Shown here: positions 8,947 to 18,938 of the stretch, in pieces
Position numbering within the stretch: position 1 is the stretch's first letter
Layout: the number at the start of each line of letters is the position of its first letter
NCBI GenBank assembly: GCA_903850545.1
Contig: CAINLW010000009.1
Span: 2,311-66,310, forward strand
Length of the DNA stretch: 64,000 nucleotides
Origin: an uncultured bacterium
GTDB lineage: Bacteria; Patescibacteriota; Minisyncoccia; Phycocordibacterales; GWA1-40-21
Direction of reading: 5' to 3'
Position numbers and translations under genes: made by a program
Notes under the pieces: model-generated
Seen by the model: the letters and a program-made list of their open reading frames with translations, nothing else
Database searches by the model: none
What the model was told of the DNA's origin: nothing

Positions 8947-9085
8947 TAGTAGTAAATTTAGTATGTTTCAGCGGTTGAGCCCAAAGGACCAAGAGTTACC
9001 TCCGTGCTTTTGGTGCCTCTCCAGACAAACGCTGAAGCATCCGCCTCATTCAGGTTTGGGCAAACTGAATGAGGCACTTTTTTTT
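8947..9085 (+). ncRNA. Putative ~140-nt sRNA with anti-SD apical loop
   Basis: Stem 8963-8973/9030-9040, inner stem 8988-8995/9007-9014 with ACCTCC loop, terminator 9043-9053/9065-9075 plus T8. Confidence 0.6.
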
Positions 9086-9181
9086 AAAAGTTGTAAATTA
9101 AAAACATATCTATTTAATAATTTTCAATATATAACCTTATATCTCTGTGTCATTCAAAATGTAAAAAAATATTTACAAGTC

Positions 9182-9817
9182 CTAGCACCCGAAAATTTTG
9201 AGACAAAGTAAAATGATTCCAATAATAACCAAAATAATAAGTAAAAAATGAATAAAAGACAGTAGGTGATTTGAATGGTAATCGTTTCTGTTCCAAACAA
9301 TGTTCATATAAATATTATATTTTTTATACAAAGATATCGGAAGTCCAGCATTAATGGCTTTATCGATTGTATCTTGAGTTCCAAAGCTATTATTTATTTG
9401 AAAAGCAAACACTTCATCTGAAATTTTCACCTCTTCTGTGTTACGAAGCAAATATTCTTTATCATCAATGATGGTGTCGTTTTGTATTTGTATAACTGCG
9501 CTTGGATTTACATCAATTATTTTTACTAAAAGTTTCTCAAGGTTATTAATGATTTCATCAGTAATAGGTTTTTTACACCAATTTGTGCGGTAATTAATTA
9601 TATAATTGTTTAAAAAAGCCGGAATGATTACTTTCAATCTTGATGCATCTGGAAAAAGTTTCATTGCTTCATCTATAGCAAAAAAATCCACACCAGTTGT
9701 TCCACCGGTAACAATTCCATCACCATGAGAAAGAACTTCTCGAGTCGCAGTGCGAACATCATTTTCAACTTCTTTGTTAATAGTTCTCCATGATCCTGTA
9801 AACAAAATCCATTTCAT
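9182..9817 (-). CDS. Hypothetical SLOG-like nucleotide-binding protein with C-terminal TM tail
   Basis: ILFTGSW, IVTGGTTGVD, RNTEEV, GTQDTIDKA resemble SLOG/YpsA-type motifs. Confidence 0.6.
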   Translation of the reverse strand: MKWILFTGSWRTINKEVENDVRTATREVLSHGDGIVTGGTTGVDFFAIDEAMKLFPDASRLKVIIPAFLNNYIINYRTNWCKKPITDEIINNLEKLLVKIIDVNPSAVIQIQNDTIIDDKEYLLRNTEEVKISDEVFAFQINNSFGTQDTIDKAINAGLPISLYKKYNIYMNIVWNRNDYHSNHLLSFIHFLLIILVIIGIILLCLKIFGC

Positions 9818-9844
9818 AATGTTTATATCTAATGTATAAAAAAA

Positions 9845-10138
9845 CTATTTTTTATATTCTTTAACTTTTGCTTTTAATAATTTCACAGCGGAGTCATTTT
9901 TAAGTTTATTGCTTTCTAATAATCCATTGGCCAATCCTAAATAGTAATCTCTCATGTTATATTCATTTCCTTCAGCGGTTTTAACAACACTAGAATTATT
10001 AATATTCATAATGAGAAAAAGAACAGTTTCCATATCACTTTGATTTTCAGAGAGTTTTTTAAGCTCAATCCGTCTAATTTTTATTTCTTCTGATTCAGGG
10101 TTACTGCTATCTAAATTTGAAATGTTGTTTTCTGACAT
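9845..10138 (-). CDS. Hypothetical protein
   Basis: ORF from MSENN; the longer track start runs into a repeat element. Confidence 0.55.
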   Translation of the reverse strand: MSENNISNLDSSNPESEEIKIRRIELKKLSENQSDMETVLFLIMNINNSSVVKTAEGNEYNMRDYYLGLANGLLESNKLKNDSAVKLLKAKVKEYKK

Positions 10139-10183
10139 ACAGTAAGTATAGCATGATTTAAATATATTTTGTGGATAATAAAC

Positions 10184-10340
10184 TACCTCGGTGTAGAGCA
10201 CACGAGGTATTCGTCATAATACTTCTGTCTTTGCGAGCGAAGCGTGGCAATCCAGGTTTGTACTGTATGTAGTTCTGGATTGCTTCGCTTCGCTCGCAAA
10301 GACGAAATACAAAACATTAACCGATGCAGAGCATCGAGTA
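10184..10340. repeat. Composite REP-like element, copy 1
   Basis: Core inverted repeat gtctttgcgag...ctcgcaaagac 10227-10303, flanked by agagcacacgaggtatt and accgatgcagagcatcg. Confidence 0.85.
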
Positions 10341-10372
10341 ATATTAGGATTTAATCTACAAGATGTCTTTAC

Positions 10373-11206
10373 TTAATACATTAACAAGATTAAGCCCGCT
10401 ACCACAAAAGCAAATGAAACAATTTTTATTAATATATGCTTCTCGTGAAAAAATTTATTCCCGGATACAATAGAAGCAAGTACGGATGTTCCACGTTTAG
10501 CTCCGGTGATTACTGACGTTGGTGCGTATAGATAAGCCATACTCATAAAAACAGCAGCAAAACCTCTAGAAACTGATTGTAATAGAAACTTTTTATTAAA
10601 AACAAATCGAAGTGGATTTTCTTTAGATTTCCAAAAGGCCATTATAAAGAGAGCAACTAATAAAATTGAAATTTCTAGGAATTGTTGAGCTTCTACTGAA
10701 TTATAATTGGTAATTAGATATTTAAAGATTGAAATTGTAGCAACTGCATTAAAAGTACTAAACCATACGTATCTTATTCCTTTTTTACTTAGTCCATGAT
10801 TAATAAATAAAAATATAAGACTCAAAACAATAAAGCTTATTCCAATTAAATTAATAAATGATATTGAATATCCTAGAAAAATATCAACTACCAAAAGAAG
10901 GGGAATTGTACCAACCATCAAAAAACCGAATGTACTACGATCAGCTTCTGCAATAGCATGTAAAGAAGAATATATTTGAGCCCCATCTAACAATAATAGT
11001 AAAGTAAACAAGGGGATAGAAGCAGGATCAAAAATAAAATGACCTTTTATTAAAATAATGCACAAAAAAATAATTGCACCCCAAAAATAATTAAGGAATC
11101 CAAGTGTGTACAGACTCTCGATTTTATGATTTACATTCCATTTCCCGGCTGAAGATGAAACTTCATCAAGAATTGTTCCAATAACAACTAAAATTATTCC
11201 AAACAT
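10373..11206 (-). CDS. DMT/EamA-like multi-TM transporter
   Basis: About 10 hydrophobic helices in two halves; FFHEK near C-terminus. Confidence 0.65.
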   Translation of the reverse strand: MFGIILVVIGTILDEVSSSAGKWNVNHKIESLYTLGFLNYFWGAIIFLCIILIKGHFIFDPASIPLFTLLLLLDGAQIYSSLHAIAEADRSTFGFLMVGTIPLLLVVDIFLGYSISFINLIGISFIVLSLIFLFINHGLSKKGIRYVWFSTFNAVATISIFKYLITNYNSVEAQQFLEISILLVALFIMAFWKSKENPLRFVFNKKFLLQSVSRGFAAVFMSMAYLYAPTSVITGAKRGTSVLASIVSGNKFFHEKHILIKIVSFAFVVAGLILLMY

Positions 11207-11275
11207 ATCCTAGATTATACTATATATTTGAATATATGCTAAAATTTAACTGTAAATAGTTAATAAATATATTAG

Positions 11276-11839
11276 ATGAAAAGAAATATTAAATTAAATA
11301 ACGAAAATGTCCAATATCTTTTAAAAGAAAGCAAGTGCTCTCGAAGAATGAAACTCGCGGTGTATTGTGATGGAAGTTTTGTTGTAACAACTCCAAAAAA
11401 TATTGATCAGGGAGTAGTTGAAAAGTTTATTGTGGAAAAATCTCATTGGGTATTAGATAGATTAAGTTTTTTTAAAAATTCGAAAAAAATATTTTTTCCC
11501 AAAAGTACTAAAACTGAGTATACGAAACACAAACATACAGCAAAACAAATTGTTCAGCAAAAAATTGAAAAACTCAATTTAATATATAATTTTAAATTTA
11601 ATCGTGTAAGTATTAAAAATCAAAAAACTCGATGGGGAAGTTGTTCAAGTAAAGGCAACTTAAATTTTAATTATAAAATCGCATTAATTCCGGAAAATAT
11701 CGCGGAATATATCGTCGCTCATGAGCTTTGTCATCTTTATGAATTCAATCATTCACCAAAATTTTGGAGCTTAGTTGCAAAAACTATTCCAGATTATTTG
11801 AGTCTTAAGAAAAAACTAAAATCTTGTAGTTTTTATTAG
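11276..11839 (+). CDS. YgjP/DUF45 (M48-like) metal-dependent hydrolase
   Basis: KTRWGSCS, YIVAHELCHL, NHSPKFW. Confidence 0.9.
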   Translation: MKRNIKLNNENVQYLLKESKCSRRMKLAVYCDGSFVVTTPKNIDQGVVEKFIVEKSHWVLDRLSFFKNSKKIFFPKSTKTEYTKHKHTAKQIVQQKIEKLNLIYNFKFNRVSIKNQKTRWGSCSSKGNLNFNYKIALIPENIAEYIVAHELCHLYEFNHSPKFWSLVAKTIPDYLSLKKKLKSCSFY

Positions 11840-13119
11840 GCTAAGTGCTTATTTTCCATTATTTGTTCAATAGAACTTCCTTTTTCATAAAACACCAAAT
11901 CACTGTTGTTATTTTTCCACATATTTTGTATCTCATCCAAAATTCTCCAGGTTTGTATTATTTCTTCGCTTGATGTAAATAGATTGTGGTCAGAGTTTAT
12001 CGCATTAAATAATACTTGTTCATATGCGTTTGGTAATTCTCCGTAGTATTCTTTAAACAAAAAATGAAGTTTGTGTTTACTGACCTGATGTTCGAGTCCT
12101 GGCTTTTTAGCCCATATACTAAACTCAATTCCAGCATCGGGCTGAACTCGCAATTGTAATTCATTTGATTCGTTTTCATCATCTTTTTTGTAACGGATTT
12201 TTATTACAGTAAATTCTTCTTTTAATGCTTTTCCAGTAGTTAATGTAATTGGAATACCCGCCAGTTTGCTGTCATTCGATTGTAGGTTTATGGAAACGAA
12301 AGTTTCAATCATACTTTTGAGATTGTTCACTTCGTTTCGATATCCTTTGTATTGGGCACGTTTTACGCATTCCTCATTTTTTATATTACATACAATATTG
12401 AGTTGTTTTAATGCTTGTAGACGACATTTTGGCACATCGTCAAGATTTTTTGGTAAATCCATTAATGCTAGCGACGCCAATTGTAAAAGATGACTTTGCA
12501 CTACATCACGCAGTGCGCCGGTTTGTTCATAAAAATTTACACGTCCTTCTATATCAATTTTTTCGCTAACTGTAATCTCTATGCTCTCAATAAAATCTTT
12601 ATTCCACGTTTTTTTGAATAATGAATTACCATTACGAAAAACGATCAAGTTCTGAGATATTTCCTTTGCCATATAATGGTCTACTCTATAAACTTGTTCA
12701 GATGAAAAATACTTATCTACATGTTTAACGAGGTCTTTAGCACTTGATAAATTGGTACCGAAAGGTTTTTCTAACAAAAGTTTATTGTTATTGTGTTTAA
12801 TTAAACTTGATTTACCGATAAGCTCAATTATATCCTTACATGCTTCGGGAGGAACGGCTAAATAAAATATTCTTTGAGTTGGTTCTTTAAATTCTTTTTC
12901 TATTTCATTCAAGTAGACATTTAATCTTTCGTAGTCTTCTTTGTCTGTAATGTCCATTTGAAAATAATCTGAATTTTTTTGGCGAGTCACACCAACAATT
13001 TGAAACTTGTTTGGAAGCATACCAGTTTTTGCAATGGCGTTAATTGCAGGCAAAAGATACCTCTGTGCCAAATCACCAGATACGCCAAAAATTATAAAAA
13101 TTGTAGGGATTTTGTTCAT
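11836..13119 (-). CDS. zwf: Glucose-6-phosphate dehydrogenase
   Basis: IFGVSGDLA, EKPFG, YRVDHYMAKE, GALRDVVQSHLLQ. Confidence 0.95.
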   Translation of the reverse strand: MNKIPTIFIIFGVSGDLAQRYLLPAINAIAKTGMLPNKFQIVGVTRQKNSDYFQMDITDKEDYERLNVYLNEIEKEFKEPTQRIFYLAVPPEACKDIIELIGKSSLIKHNNNKLLLEKPFGTNLSSAKDLVKHVDKYFSSEQVYRVDHYMAKEISQNLIVFRNGNSLFKKTWNKDFIESIEITVSEKIDIEGRVNFYEQTGALRDVVQSHLLQLASLALMDLPKNLDDVPKCRLQALKQLNIVCNIKNEECVKRAQYKGYRNEVNNLKSMIETFVSINLQSNDSKLAGIPITLTTGKALKEEFTVIKIRYKKDDENESNELQLRVQPDAGIEFSIWAKKPGLEHQVSKHKLHFLFKEYYGELPNAYEQVLFNAINSDHNLFTSSEEIIQTWRILDEIQNMWKNNNSDLVFYEKGSSIEQIMENKHLA

Positions 13120-13228
13120 CCCAGTAGTAAAATTTTTAAGCTACTAATATTTATTTTTTTTATCATGATATATTCTAATATTATTACACAGTTGTTTATG
13201 TATTACTAGTTCGTAATTTACTACGGGA
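13119..13228. repeat. Imperfect inverted repeat, possible REP-like relic
   Basis: tcccagtagtaaa (13119-13131) vs tttactacggga (13217-13228) bracketing the gnd-zwf spacer. Confidence 0.35.
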
Positions 13229-13234
13229 CAAGTA

Positions 13235-14140
13235 TTAGTTTTTGTTTATTTTATGTCCACCAAAAGCATTGCGCATTGCAGCCAACAATTTGGTGGCAAA
13301 ATTAATTTTGCCTTTTTGAGATTTTACTCTCACATCAAATGCTGATTGCATGGCCGGTGTTTCAATTTTCAAACTTTTTGCTAGTTCAAGTGCCCAGCGA
13401 GCTTCTCCAGACTCAGCTACGAATCCTTCAACTCCTTTTAGGTTCGGATTTTCTTTCAAAACATCGCGACAAAGCTCATTGAGCCAAGAAGTTACAACAC
13501 TGTGATGTTGCCAAACGTCTCCCGCAGCAGCCAAATCGATATTTTTGTATGGCCCTTCTTTCAAAATTCTGTATCCTTCGGCCAATGACTCCATCATTCC
13601 GTATTCTATTGCGTTGTGTGTCATTTTAACAAAATGACCGGCACCACTTTCTCCAAAATGAAAATATGCACCTTCTGGTAAAGATAGTGTTTTTAAAACC
13701 GGTTCTATTATTTTATAAGATTTTTTATCACCGCCTGCCATCATTGAAAAACCATTTTTGTAGCCCCAAATTCCGCCACTGGTTCCAACATCCAAATAAT
13801 TTATTCCGAAAGAGGTTACTTTTTTTGCTCTCTTTTGTGTAAGTCGAAAATCTGAATTGCCTCCATCAATTATAATACTATTCTTTGGCAACAATTTTAT
13901 TAAGGTGTCTAATTCATTATCTACAGCCTCGGCTGGAATCATTAGCCAAATAATTATTCGATCTTTTTTAAATAACTTTACAATATCTTCTTTGGTATAA
14001 GCCGGTGTCATTCCCAAAGTAGCCATTTCGTCAATCGAATTTCGACTCCTATTATGAACTATAACCTTATGTTTTCCTTCATGAAGTTTTTTTGCGATCT
14101 GCATTCCCATTTTACCTAAACCAAAAATTGCTATTTTCAT
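13235..14140 (-). CDS. gnd: 6-phosphogluconate dehydrogenase, short form
   Basis: GLGKMG, IDGGNS, DVGTSGG, GAGHFVKMTHNAIEYG, MRNAFGGH. Confidence 0.95.
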   Translation of the reverse strand: MKIAIFGLGKMGMQIAKKLHEGKHKVIVHNRSRNSIDEMATLGMTPAYTKEDIVKLFKKDRIIIWLMIPAEAVDNELDTLIKLLPKNSIIIDGGNSDFRLTQKRAKKVTSFGINYLDVGTSGGIWGYKNGFSMMAGGDKKSYKIIEPVLKTLSLPEGAYFHFGESGAGHFVKMTHNAIEYGMMESLAEGYRILKEGPYKNIDLAAAGDVWQHHSVVTSWLNELCRDVLKENPNLKGVEGFVAESGEARWALELAKSLKIETPAMQSAFDVRVKSQKGKINFATKLLAAMRNAFGGHKINKN

Positions 14141-14142
14141 AA

Positions 14143-14793
14143 TTATTTATTAGTAAATATTGTTAATAATGGTACTTTTTTTAAAACTTGTGATGGTTGT
14201 TCTCTAATACTAATCTCTTTTTGCAAATTTTCAAGCACATTTGGCTTGTTCTGCATCCAAACCACCGCTTCGTCCAGCTTTTCTATTGCATAACATGTCA
14301 AAGTAATTCGAGAAAATTTTGGAGTATCATAATTACAAACAAAATTTTTATCATCAACTGCAATACTTCCTGGTAAGATTCCTGCTGTGTGTCCATCTTC
14401 GCCGATACCAAACAAACCAATTTTGTAATCTGCTGTAGCAAATTCATGTTTAATAATTTTATTAAAATTTTTGGTTGTCGTTTTTTTATCTTTATCAATC
14501 AATACAGGAATAATTTTTGAGTAGGGAAGGACAAATCCATTTTTTATAAGCTGAAAATAATTTGAATCAGGATGATTTATATGGCCATATCTTTCATCGG
14601 TGAGTGTAACCTTTAAATTATTATGTAAGTGTCCTCTCAAAAGTTCCGCTACTTTTATTCCAACAGAAATTGCTGAGCCACCCGCAACAAAAAACAATAC
14701 ATTTTTACCAATTTTTAGTTGATTTAATATAGAAGCTGTAATAAATTTTGCAGTTGTTTCTGGTTTGCTTGTTTTTTTTATTTTAAAACTCAT
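14143..14793 (-). CDS. pgl: 6-phosphogluconolactonase
   Basis: AGGS, TDERYG, GIGEDGHTAGILP, RITLT; in operon with gnd and zwf. Confidence 0.85.
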   Translation of the reverse strand: MSFKIKKTSKPETTAKFITASILNQLKIGKNVLFFVAGGSAISVGIKVAELLRGHLHNNLKVTLTDERYGHINHPDSNYFQLIKNGFVLPYSKIIPVLIDKDKKTTTKNFNKIIKHEFATADYKIGLFGIGEDGHTAGILPGSIAVDDKNFVCNYDTPKFSRITLTCYAIEKLDEAVVWMQNKPNVLENLQKEISIREQPSQVLKKVPLLTIFTNK

Positions 14794-14938
14794 GTGTTAA
14801 ATTTTTTATGTAAAAAAATTATTTTTAAATAATACTACAAAATACTAATATTAACTAATTAATTATTTATAAATAGATAGTAATACATTATCGCTTGAAT
14901 TAATTTGGTTTTTCTAGTATTCTTCATGAGTCAAACAT

Positions 14939-15012
14939 TGGGGGATCGTCTAATGGTAGGACGCGTGCCTTTGGCGCATGCAATCGGGGTTCGAGTCCCT
15001 GTCCCCCAGCCA
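14939..15012 (+). tRNA. tRNA-Gln(UUG)
   Basis: TGGGGGA/TCCCCCA acceptor, anticodon loop CT-TTG-GC, GGTTCGAGTCC T arm, encoded CCA. Confidence 0.95.
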
Positions 15013-15086
15013 ACAAGTGATAGGTTCTCTCGCACGAGTTGCGTCGAACTATTTTTTTACAATAAAGAAGATAATAAAACCTAATT

Positions 15087-15740
15087 ATGAATGAAAACCA
15101 AATTAATACAGGTCTCTCTTTGTCCGAAATCAAAAAGATTATTATTCATGATACAAACGAACCATTGGTTGAGATTATTGAAAATGAAAAAATAAAACTT
15201 CTAAAAGAACATAAATTTTTATCTCCATATTTGAGAAAATCGGCGAACGATCTGCTTATTGAAGCATCAAGAAACTTACCCGCTACATATAAATTTCTAA
15301 TTGTGACTGCATATCGTCCACTATGGATGCAAAAAATACTTTGGAGAAATAGATTGATACAGATGGCGAAGAAATATCCTTTTAAAATGATTTTTCAATA
15401 TCCTAAATGGAAAAAGATGGCATCTAGATACACAGCTCCTCCTGGTGGATCACCTCATCAATTTGGCGGAGCGGTGGATCTGACAATAATTAACGCCAAG
15501 GGAGAAAAACTTGATATGGGTACAACACTTACCGATTTTGGAGAACGAGTAAGTACTCATAGTAATTTAATTACAGACAAACAAAAAGAAAATCGCAAAA
15601 TTCTTTATGATGCAATGACAAAAGCCGGATTTGTAAATTATCCACTTGAATGGTGGCACTATTCCTATGGAGATAGAACGTGGGCAGCATATACAAAACA
15701 AAAAGAGTGTTTTTATGGGAGAATAGAATCCACTGACTAA
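15087..15740 (+). CDS. D-Ala-D-Ala dipeptidase-like M15 peptidase (VanX/DdpX family)
   Basis: AYRP, SPHQFGGAVDLT, LDMGT, YPLEWWHYSYGD. Confidence 0.88.
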   Translation: MNENQINTGLSLSEIKKIIIHDTNEPLVEIIENEKIKLLKEHKFLSPYLRKSANDLLIEASRNLPATYKFLIVTAYRPLWMQKILWRNRLIQMAKKYPFKMIFQYPKWKKMASRYTAPPGGSPHQFGGAVDLTIINAKGEKLDMGTTLTDFGERVSTHSNLITDKQKENRKILYDAMTKAGFVNYPLEWWHYSYGDRTWAAYTKQKECFYGRIESTD

Positions 15741-15781
15741 ACAGATTTTAATGTTCATTGTTTAGATTAAACTATTCAATA

Positions 15782-16222
15782 ATGAGAAATCAAACTATAG
15801 CAAAATTAATAAATAAACTTTATCGAGTATATTGGTTTATCACTCATCCCAAAACAAAAGGTGTTAAAGCCCTTATATTCAACCAAGATAAAATTCTTAT
15901 GGTACGTCTTACATATTATCCAAATACATGGACTTTTCCTGGAGGAGGTGTTAATAAGAAAGAAAATACTATCGATGCAATTATTCGCGAATGTAAGGAA
16001 GAAGTTGGTATTACATTAAAGCATCCGGAATATATTGGAGATCTTCATTTTGAACATGAATATAAAAAAGATACCGTTTCTGTATTTAAAGAAACAATAG
16101 ATGGGCCTGAAATAAAAATTGATGGAAAAGAGGTTGCCGAAGCAAATTGGTATGAGTTAGACAAACTTCCTGTTATGGGTAAGAACGCCAGGACTATACT
16201 TAATATTGTATTAAATAAATGA
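15782..16222 (+). CDS. NUDIX hydrolase
   Basis: Nudix box PGGGVNKKENTIDAIIRECKEEVG. Confidence 0.9.
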   Translation: MRNQTIAKLINKLYRVYWFITHPKTKGVKALIFNQDKILMVRLTYYPNTWTFPGGGVNKKENTIDAIIRECKEEVGITLKHPEYIGDLHFEHEYKKDTVSVFKETIDGPEIKIDGKEVAEANWYELDKLPVMGKNARTILNIVLNK

Positions 16223-16234
16223 TAATATAAGAAT

Positions 16235-16558
16235 ATGAAATCAAAAAATGTAAAAATTGTTGTTTTTGTTCCAGAAACTCACTCAGACATAGTTAGAAAA
16301 GCTATGGGAGATGCTGGTGCGGGGAAAATAGGAAATTACAGTCATTGCTCTTTTTCTTCAAAGGGACAAGGAAGATTCTTACCATTGAAAGGATCAAACC
16401 CTTCAATTGGAAAGGTTGGGACATCAGAAGTTGTGGATGAAGAAAGAATAGAGTTTGTTTGTGAAGAGAAAAATCTAAAAAATATTGTTTCTGCAATGAA
16501 AGAATCCCATCCTTATGAAGAGGTAGCTTTTGACATTTATCCACTACTAAATATATAA
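16235..16558 (+). CDS. Stand-alone YqfO/NIF3 PII-like domain protein
   Basis: AGAGKIGNYSHCSF, HPYEEVAFDIYPL. Confidence 0.85.
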   Translation: MKSKNVKIVVFVPETHSDIVRKAMGDAGAGKIGNYSHCSFSSKGQGRFLPLKGSNPSIGKVGTSEVVDEERIEFVCEEKNLKNIVSAMKESHPYEEVAFDIYPLLNI

Positions 16559-16564
16559 AATAAT

Positions 16565-17119
16565 ATGAAAACCAAGTATATTTTACATGGAGGATTTACT
16601 CCCAAAAACAAAAATGAAAATAATGAGGATTTTTACAAGGAAATTTTAAAGGATGCTCCCGAAGGGGCTAAGATTTTAATAGTTCCATTTGCAAAAGACA
16701 TCGACCGAATTCCTGTTAGTGTCGCAAGAGTTACGGCTGAATTTAATAAAAATAAGTGGCAAGAAAAATTTGATTTTGAAGTAGCAAATGAAGAATCTTT
16801 TATAAAACAAATAGAATCATCCAATGTTATTTATTTCCAAGGTGGAAAAACTTTAAAATTACTTGAGGTTCTTAAAAAGTTTTCTAATTTAAAAAAGATG
16901 TTTGAAGGAAAGATAATTGCTGGTGAATCAGCAGGGGCAAATGTTTTGGGAAAGTTTTTCTATAGTCCAAGCGCTAATGGTGTATTTGAAGGACTGGGTC
17001 TTCTTCCAATTAAAGTCATCCCTCACTATTCTTTAAAATATAGAGATGTATTTAAAGATACGGGATCAGATTTGGACTGCTTGTATCTTAAAGAGTACCA
17101 GTATAAAGTCTTTAAATAA
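16565..17119 (+). CDS. Peptidase S51 (PepE-like), class I GATase fold
   Basis: IYFQGG, AGESAGA, GLGLL...PHY. Confidence 0.8.
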   Translation: MKTKYILHGGFTPKNKNENNEDFYKEILKDAPEGAKILIVPFAKDIDRIPVSVARVTAEFNKNKWQEKFDFEVANEESFIKQIESSNVIYFQGGKTLKLLEVLKKFSNLKKMFEGKIIAGESAGANVLGKFFYSPSANGVFEGLGLLPIKVIPHYSLKYRDVFKDTGSDLDCLYLKEYQYKVFK

Positions 17120-17125
17120 AATTAT

Positions 17126-17440
17126 ATGAAAACACTTTTTCAAAAAATCATAAACAAGGAGGAGCCGGCGAAGTTTTTATATGAAGATGACGACTATATT
17201 ATTATTGATAACAAATATCCTAAAGCTCCAATTCATTACCTAATTATTCCTAAAAAACCAATTCATTCTATTTCTGAATCCGTTAATAAAGATAAAGAAA
17301 TCCTAGGAGGACTTTTATTGTTGGCGAGTAGTTTTGCTAAGAAGAAGAAAATCAAAGATTATAAAATAGTTTTTAATTGTGGAAAACATTTACATATTCC
17401 ACATCTACACTTACATTTTCTTGCGGGTGATATAGATTAG
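17126..17440 (+). CDS. HIT family hydrolase
   Basis: PKAPIHYLIIPK, HLHLH triad. Confidence 0.92.
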   Translation: MKTLFQKIINKEEPAKFLYEDDDYIIIDNKYPKAPIHYLIIPKKPIHSISESVNKDKEILGGLLLLASSFAKKKKIKDYKIVFNCGKHLHIPHLHLHFLAGDID

Positions 17441-18270
17441 TGACTTTTTATTTTCTCCAATTGATTAATAACCATTGTCTTATTATTTTCAAGGACATCT
17501 TTGATATCTTGATATTCCTTATATAATTGGTCGAGTGTAATAACATTCAAATCATAATTAAATTGTATCTGCAGATACTTTTCTTTTGTTATCTCCTTTT
17601 CAAAACTTTTATAAACGAAACCAGAAGCTGGATATAATGTGGTTTTAAAGTTTTTGAAAGCGTAGATTTTAATATTATTAAAAATTTTTAACGAATCAAA
17701 TAACGTCTTATTATATGTATTTGAATTTACAATAAAAACAAAGTATAAATCGTCTTTATGAATTCCTATTTCGCACAAATTAGTTGTTAAGGTAGGAATA
17801 CCAGTTTTTATTAAATTTCCTGAGTCATCAAAATTACCATGAGTTATTAATATATCACTGACAGGATCTCCATTCCTAGCAATCAATTCTCTTAATTTTG
17901 AAAGAAAAATTTTGGTGTCATATGTTTTTATGTTGAGATCCCATGCCACCAGGCCAGATTTTTTTATTTTCGCTTTATAACCAGGATAACTATAATAAAT
18001 CTTTCGTGCATCATCAGCTGAATGAATTGATGGCATGATTTTCTTAAAAGGTATTGCTTTAAACATACTTTCAATAGTTTTAAATTGACGCACTCGCTTT
18101 ACTTCCTTATTTATTCGTTGCTTCCCGCAGACAATAACCAAAACATCTCCCTTTTGGATATTAGTATAACGTATAGTGGCAGCGCGAGTTTCCACCGTTT
18201 TCAATCCATCTTTGATCTCATTAAAATTGTCTTTATCAACTGCACGAAAACGTAATATAATTTTTTTCAT
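17437..18270 (-). CDS. ASCH-domain protein fused to an unknown C-terminal domain
   Basis: FNEIKDGLKTVETR...GDVL...IYYSYP is ASCH-like; C-terminal ~160 aa unrecognised. Confidence 0.7.
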   Translation of the reverse strand: MKKIILRFRAVDKDNFNEIKDGLKTVETRAATIRYTNIQKGDVLVIVCGKQRINKEVKRVRQFKTIESMFKAIPFKKIMPSIHSADDARKIYYSYPGYKAKIKKSGLVAWDLNIKTYDTKIFLSKLRELIARNGDPVSDILITHGNFDDSGNLIKTGIPTLTTNLCEIGIHKDDLYFVFIVNSNTYNKTLFDSLKIFNNIKIYAFKNFKTTLYPASGFVYKSFEKEITKEKYLQIQFNYDLNVITLDQLYKEYQDIKDVLENNKTMVINQLEKIKSH

Positions 18271-18303
18271 ATTGGTTACTTTTTATATAGTGTATTTATT
18301 GTT

Positions 18304-18759
18304 TTAATCTGAGATAGATGCAAAAATGCCTCTAAATGATTTACTGAATTCAGCTTGATTAATTTTTATGAGAACATCATTTTTTCCACTTCCGAAGAAC
18401 AGAGAAGGAAGAGAAAGTGTAGAATTATCTGCTATCTGTTTAATCACAGGGTTAATTCCAAAAGGTGACACAGAACCAACACTGTAGCCTGTAAGAGTCA
18501 TTACCTCTGTTGGTTTTGCCATTCGTAATCCTTGCTCTCTCGTAAGAGTTTCAATTTTTGCAATATTTGCTCTTTTGTCTCCAGGTAGGACAACAACAGG
18601 ATTTTTTCCAATGAAAATCAGTGTTTTGATCACCTCTAACGACTCACATTTGCAAGCAATTTGAACATCATGTACTGAATGTACAGCTTGGGTCAAATGG
18701 ATTAATTCAAAATTAATTCCTTTATCTCTTAACTCTTTTATACTGCTTATTTTTTCCAT
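18304..18759 (-). CDS. YbaK/EbsC aminoacyl-tRNA deacylase family
   Basis: VIKTL, TGYSVGSVSPFG, GSG. Confidence 0.88.
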   Translation of the reverse strand: MEKISSIKELRDKGINFELIHLTQAVHSVHDVQIACKCESLEVIKTLIFIGKNPVVVLPGDKRANIAKIETLTREQGLRMAKPTEVMTLTGYSVGSVSPFGINPVIKQIADNSTLSLPSLFFGSGKNDVLIKINQAEFSKSFRGIFASISD

Positions 18760-18900
18760 ATGAATATATTTCTTCTCATTTTACTTATTATGTCCCATGT
18801 ATAAATATATCAGAATATGATTAAAAAATCTTTGTTTTGTTCTGGTTAAAAACATTATTGAAAAATCAGTTTATTCTTAATTAAAATATCTAAAATAAAA

Positions 18901-18931
18901 TTGGGTTCCTATGTCATTCATAGGAACCCAA
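18901..18931. terminator. Terminator hairpin downstream of DUF1385 gene
   Basis: Perfect 13-bp stem ttgggttcctatg/cataggaacccaa. Confidence 0.75.
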
Positions 18932-18938
18932 TCTGTTG

